A stretch of 49,545 nt of DNA, from the NCBI GenBank assembly GCA_036785375.1, contig JAWMAR010002034.1, positions 124,001 to 173,545 of the forward strand, given 5' to 3'. Shown in pieces: positions 46,816 to 49,545 of this stretch. Positions within the stretch are counted from its first letter, which is position 1; every line of letters begins with the position of its first letter. A model generated the notes under the pieces. It saw only the letters and a list, made by a program, of their open reading frames with translations, was not told the DNA's origin and searched no databases. The DNA is from Leucoraja ocellata. Taxonomy: Eukaryota. The position numbers were made by a program, and so were the translations under genes.

Positions 46816-47744
46816 CTGAAAGAAAATAAACTTCATTGGAATTGCTCATAAACTATCGTCGATTAATAATGGCACCCAATATTTTGACAAAAAAAAAACA
46901 AACAAAAAAAAACAAAAATTCACTTTTTCTGATTAAAAGTAGCCTGGACTTGGACTTCCCGAGATGCTGCTAAATTCTTTGTTTATCGCGGTACATCGAG
47001 TGCTCGTAAATGTGGACATTATAGCTCGGTAAGTCGTTGTCACAGGGATGTGATGGGGCCGACTTCTGCTTTTGTTCTCTGTGACTGTGTCTGTGCTTTT
47101 AATACTCTTGATAATGTTCTCAACATGATGCACTCAGCCGCTTCAATTGTTCGCGAGTTAAAATGTAACCTATCGGTAATGTAACCGATAGATCAGTTCC
47201 TCACGAATTATATGGATGTGCTGGTGATGATAATACATTAATCAGCTCTTTTCAAACTCTCTACAAGTACATGTTTGTTTTTTTATGATTTTGTAGATGG
47301 TGAATTGTCTCGATATTTGAAGCACCGCCTTTCGTTCCGTCACAAGAACGAACGCCAGTGCTTCAGTATTATAAATATCGCTCTCGCCCCTCGGTGTCAG
47401 GAAATAAAACTCACCGTTTTATCGAAACAACACAGCAGATGTTGTTTGATTAAAAAAAGAAGCAAAGGGCTGGAATAATTTGGCGGATAAGGCATGTGTC
47501 ACTTTCTATTGAAACTTTAAGCCTTTGGTAGTTAAATTGAGAATGGAGTTTTATCAGTGTTCCAGATGTTACATGGCATCTGTGGATGCAGCCACACTTT
47601 CACATCACTATATCGACATGAATTGTCTGTCTTTGACTTGTTGGATCGTGGAGCTCAGATGAGCGTTCGACAGTCAGTATGACATGAAGAATAAAACCGA
47701 ACAGGGCACATTAAGTCAAGTACTTATCTCCAATTGTCAAATCC

Positions 47745-48195
47745 CGTGGATTATATGGATTGCATCATGGCCTGTTTCGGGAACATCCAGGAGCAGAGAA
47801 GGCTGCAAAATGTTGTAACCACTGGCCAATCCATAACCGGCTCGGACCCCCCATCATCAAAGGGATGTATCGGAGTCGCTGCCTCCAAAAGGCAGCCAAC
47901 ATCATCAGAGACCCACACCATCCTGCCCACACACTCATCTCACCACTGCCATCGGGAAGAAGGTACAGGAGCCTGAGAACTGTACCGTCCAGGCTCAGGA
48001 ACAGCTTCTTCCCCACAGCCATCAGGCTATTAAACACTACAACCTCATATGCTCTAAACTACAATAGACTATTATTATTATTATCATGATTGCACTGTTA
48101 TTGTTTGTTTTGAGTATGTGTGCATGTATACATGTAAACATTTCATTGTTCTATCTAGGACATATGACAATAAAACATTCTTGACTCTCGACTCT
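47745..48195 (+). mobile_element. Old Rex1-like LINE 3' fragment in the Cmu1-Cmu2 intron
   Basis: RCLQKAANIIRDPHHPAH..LPSGRRYRSL..RLRNSFFPTAIRLLN. Confidence 0.75.
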
Positions 48196-48235
48196 CAACT
48201 CCACCCTCAGCCTCGCACTGCACCCCAACACGAAC

Positions 48236-48532
48236 CTGGTAGTTTCTCTACATAGTCTTTTTGGTTGTGCTGAACCACGCAGAAGATGTCGCCAGTCCCT
48301 GCCTCCGCCTCGGTGATGGTTAACTCGCTGCTCCGGGTGTAAGTTCCCAACTTATTGAACACTGCCGGGTAGTCCTTCACTCCGGTGGTCAGTTCTTTAT
48401 CATCTTTCTTCCAAGAAACACTGGCGCCCGCAGGGGAATAGCCCAACGCCAAACAACCGTAGGTGAACGAACCACTGGAGCCGTGATCCTCACAGGTGAA
48501 GAGAATGAAGAGGCTGGGCGGGGATGGAGCCG
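48236..48532 (-). CDS. IGHM: IgM Cmu1 exon
   Basis: APSPPSLFILFTCEDHGSSGSFTYGCLALGYSPAGASVSWKKD..YPAVFNKLGTYTRSSELTI..IFCVVQH. Extra N-terminal Cys (L-chain bond). Acceptor ttgcAG, donor G|gttcgt. Confidence 0.94.
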
Positions 48533-48829
48533 CTGCAAGGCAAAGGCCACATGAATGTTAAACTCGTTAACCAGTTTTCTATTTCATGCAACTTCACCTG
48601 AGTATCATCAACTATTAGCTAATCATTCCGCCTTGATCCCACCTTGGAAAACATTGGCTGAAAACTTCTTGGGGTGCCAATATCTGCCAGTTACTGTCCA
48701 TATTAGAGTTGGAAATATATCGATAGGCCTCCAGTATTAATTACTGTCAAATTCCCAGGGTTTCTCAGGAATGCTCAATACTCAGTGGCTATAACTAACG
48801 TTGGCCTATGGGTTACAATCTCACCAAAC

Positions 48830-49290
48830 TCCTTGTTGCAACTGGGGATGATGGAGTAAGGGCGGAACTACAGGTTACAGTGTAGACACGTGTGAGAGCC
48901 TCGTCTATGGGAAAATTGGGGAATACCCGCTCCCTAAAGAATGAGGACCTCGGATATCCTGGTATGGAACAACTCGTCTTGGGAACACGGAGCGCAGAGA
49001 CGGATGAATTTGGGAGTAGGACATCGAGCCTTTGCAGGAGGCAAGGTTGGAAGAGGTGAAGTCCCGATAGCTGTGGGAGTCCGTAGATTTGCAATTTATG
49101 TCAGTCGATAGTCTAACTCCTGCGATGGAGACGGTGAGATCAACAAAGAGGAGGTATGTGTTGGGGATGGACCCGGTGAATTTGATCTATGGTCAAAGTT
49201 TGTAGACAATGAAGTCGATGAGTTCTGTCTGGGTACAGGATGAAGAGTTCGGGGATAGGGGCCAGTCTGTGTCAGGGGTTGTTCCATGTA
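48830..49290 (-). mobile_element. Degenerate Penelope-like RT fragment
   Basis: Reverse-strand remnants (..SSFFRERVFP..IDEALTRV; YK.TDSHSY-like). Confidence 0.45.
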
Positions 49291-49444
49291 CCCAACTAAA
49301 TGGAGATTGGTGAAATGATGCACAATGTTGGAAACAACATTTTCTCTGCTATTTGAATTATAGAACAGTTGTCCCACTAATCCGTGAACAGTGGGAATTG
49401 CAATCAATGGTTCAAAGGAGGGTTTGACTGACGTTCAAAATTAC

Positions 49445-49452
49445 ATTTGCAT
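49445..49452 (-). promoter_or_regulatory. Octamer motif ATGCAAAT upstream of Cmu1 (J-C intron)
   Basis: Perfect octamer in an AT-rich context ~900 bp upstream of Cmu1. Function not shown. Confidence 0.3.
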
Positions 49453-49545
49453 TTATTTAATTAAAATTAAATAATTTAGGTAGGTTTCGCTTGGGCCACT
49501 GTGCATGCCCATGGCGGAACTTTTGATTTGGAGGGAGAGGGAAGA

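Noticed and set aside
38885-48532. IgW or IgNAR assignment
   Set aside because: Four C domains, an L-chain Cys in CH1, the mu-type tailpiece and an internal Cmu4 donor to TM with KVK tail all fit IgM.

Overview
Eukaryotic (cartilaginous fish, probably skate/ray) genomic DNA from an immunoglobulin heavy-chain locus, mostly transposable-element debris. On the minus strand, 48532->38885 holds a complete, apparently intact IgM constant region: Cmu1, Cmu2, Cmu3, Cmu4 with secretory tail, TM1 and TM2, all with canonical GT-AG sites in compatible phase. V/D/J must lie beyond the right edge. At the left edge (1-259) is a second, near-identical Cmu2 exon in the same orientation, with about 1 kb of its upstream intron. 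This copy has no Cmu1 and no recognisable V-D-J in the ~36 kb separating it from the first gene's TM2. Its homology breaks at ~2328, directly against a 28S rRNA fragment, followed by a CpG/ETS-motif-rich segment and a minisatellite. The intergenic region contains an intron-bearing DD35E IS630/Tc1-type transposon, two convergent DIRS retroelements, many CR1 and Rex1/Babar-type LINEs (one nested insertion creates a 964-aa two-RT ORF), Penelope fragments with hammerhead-like motifs and a kb-scale satellite grown from a CR1 tail. A hAT MITE sits in the Cmu2-Cmu3 intron. Family assignments are by motif recognition only; no searches were run.
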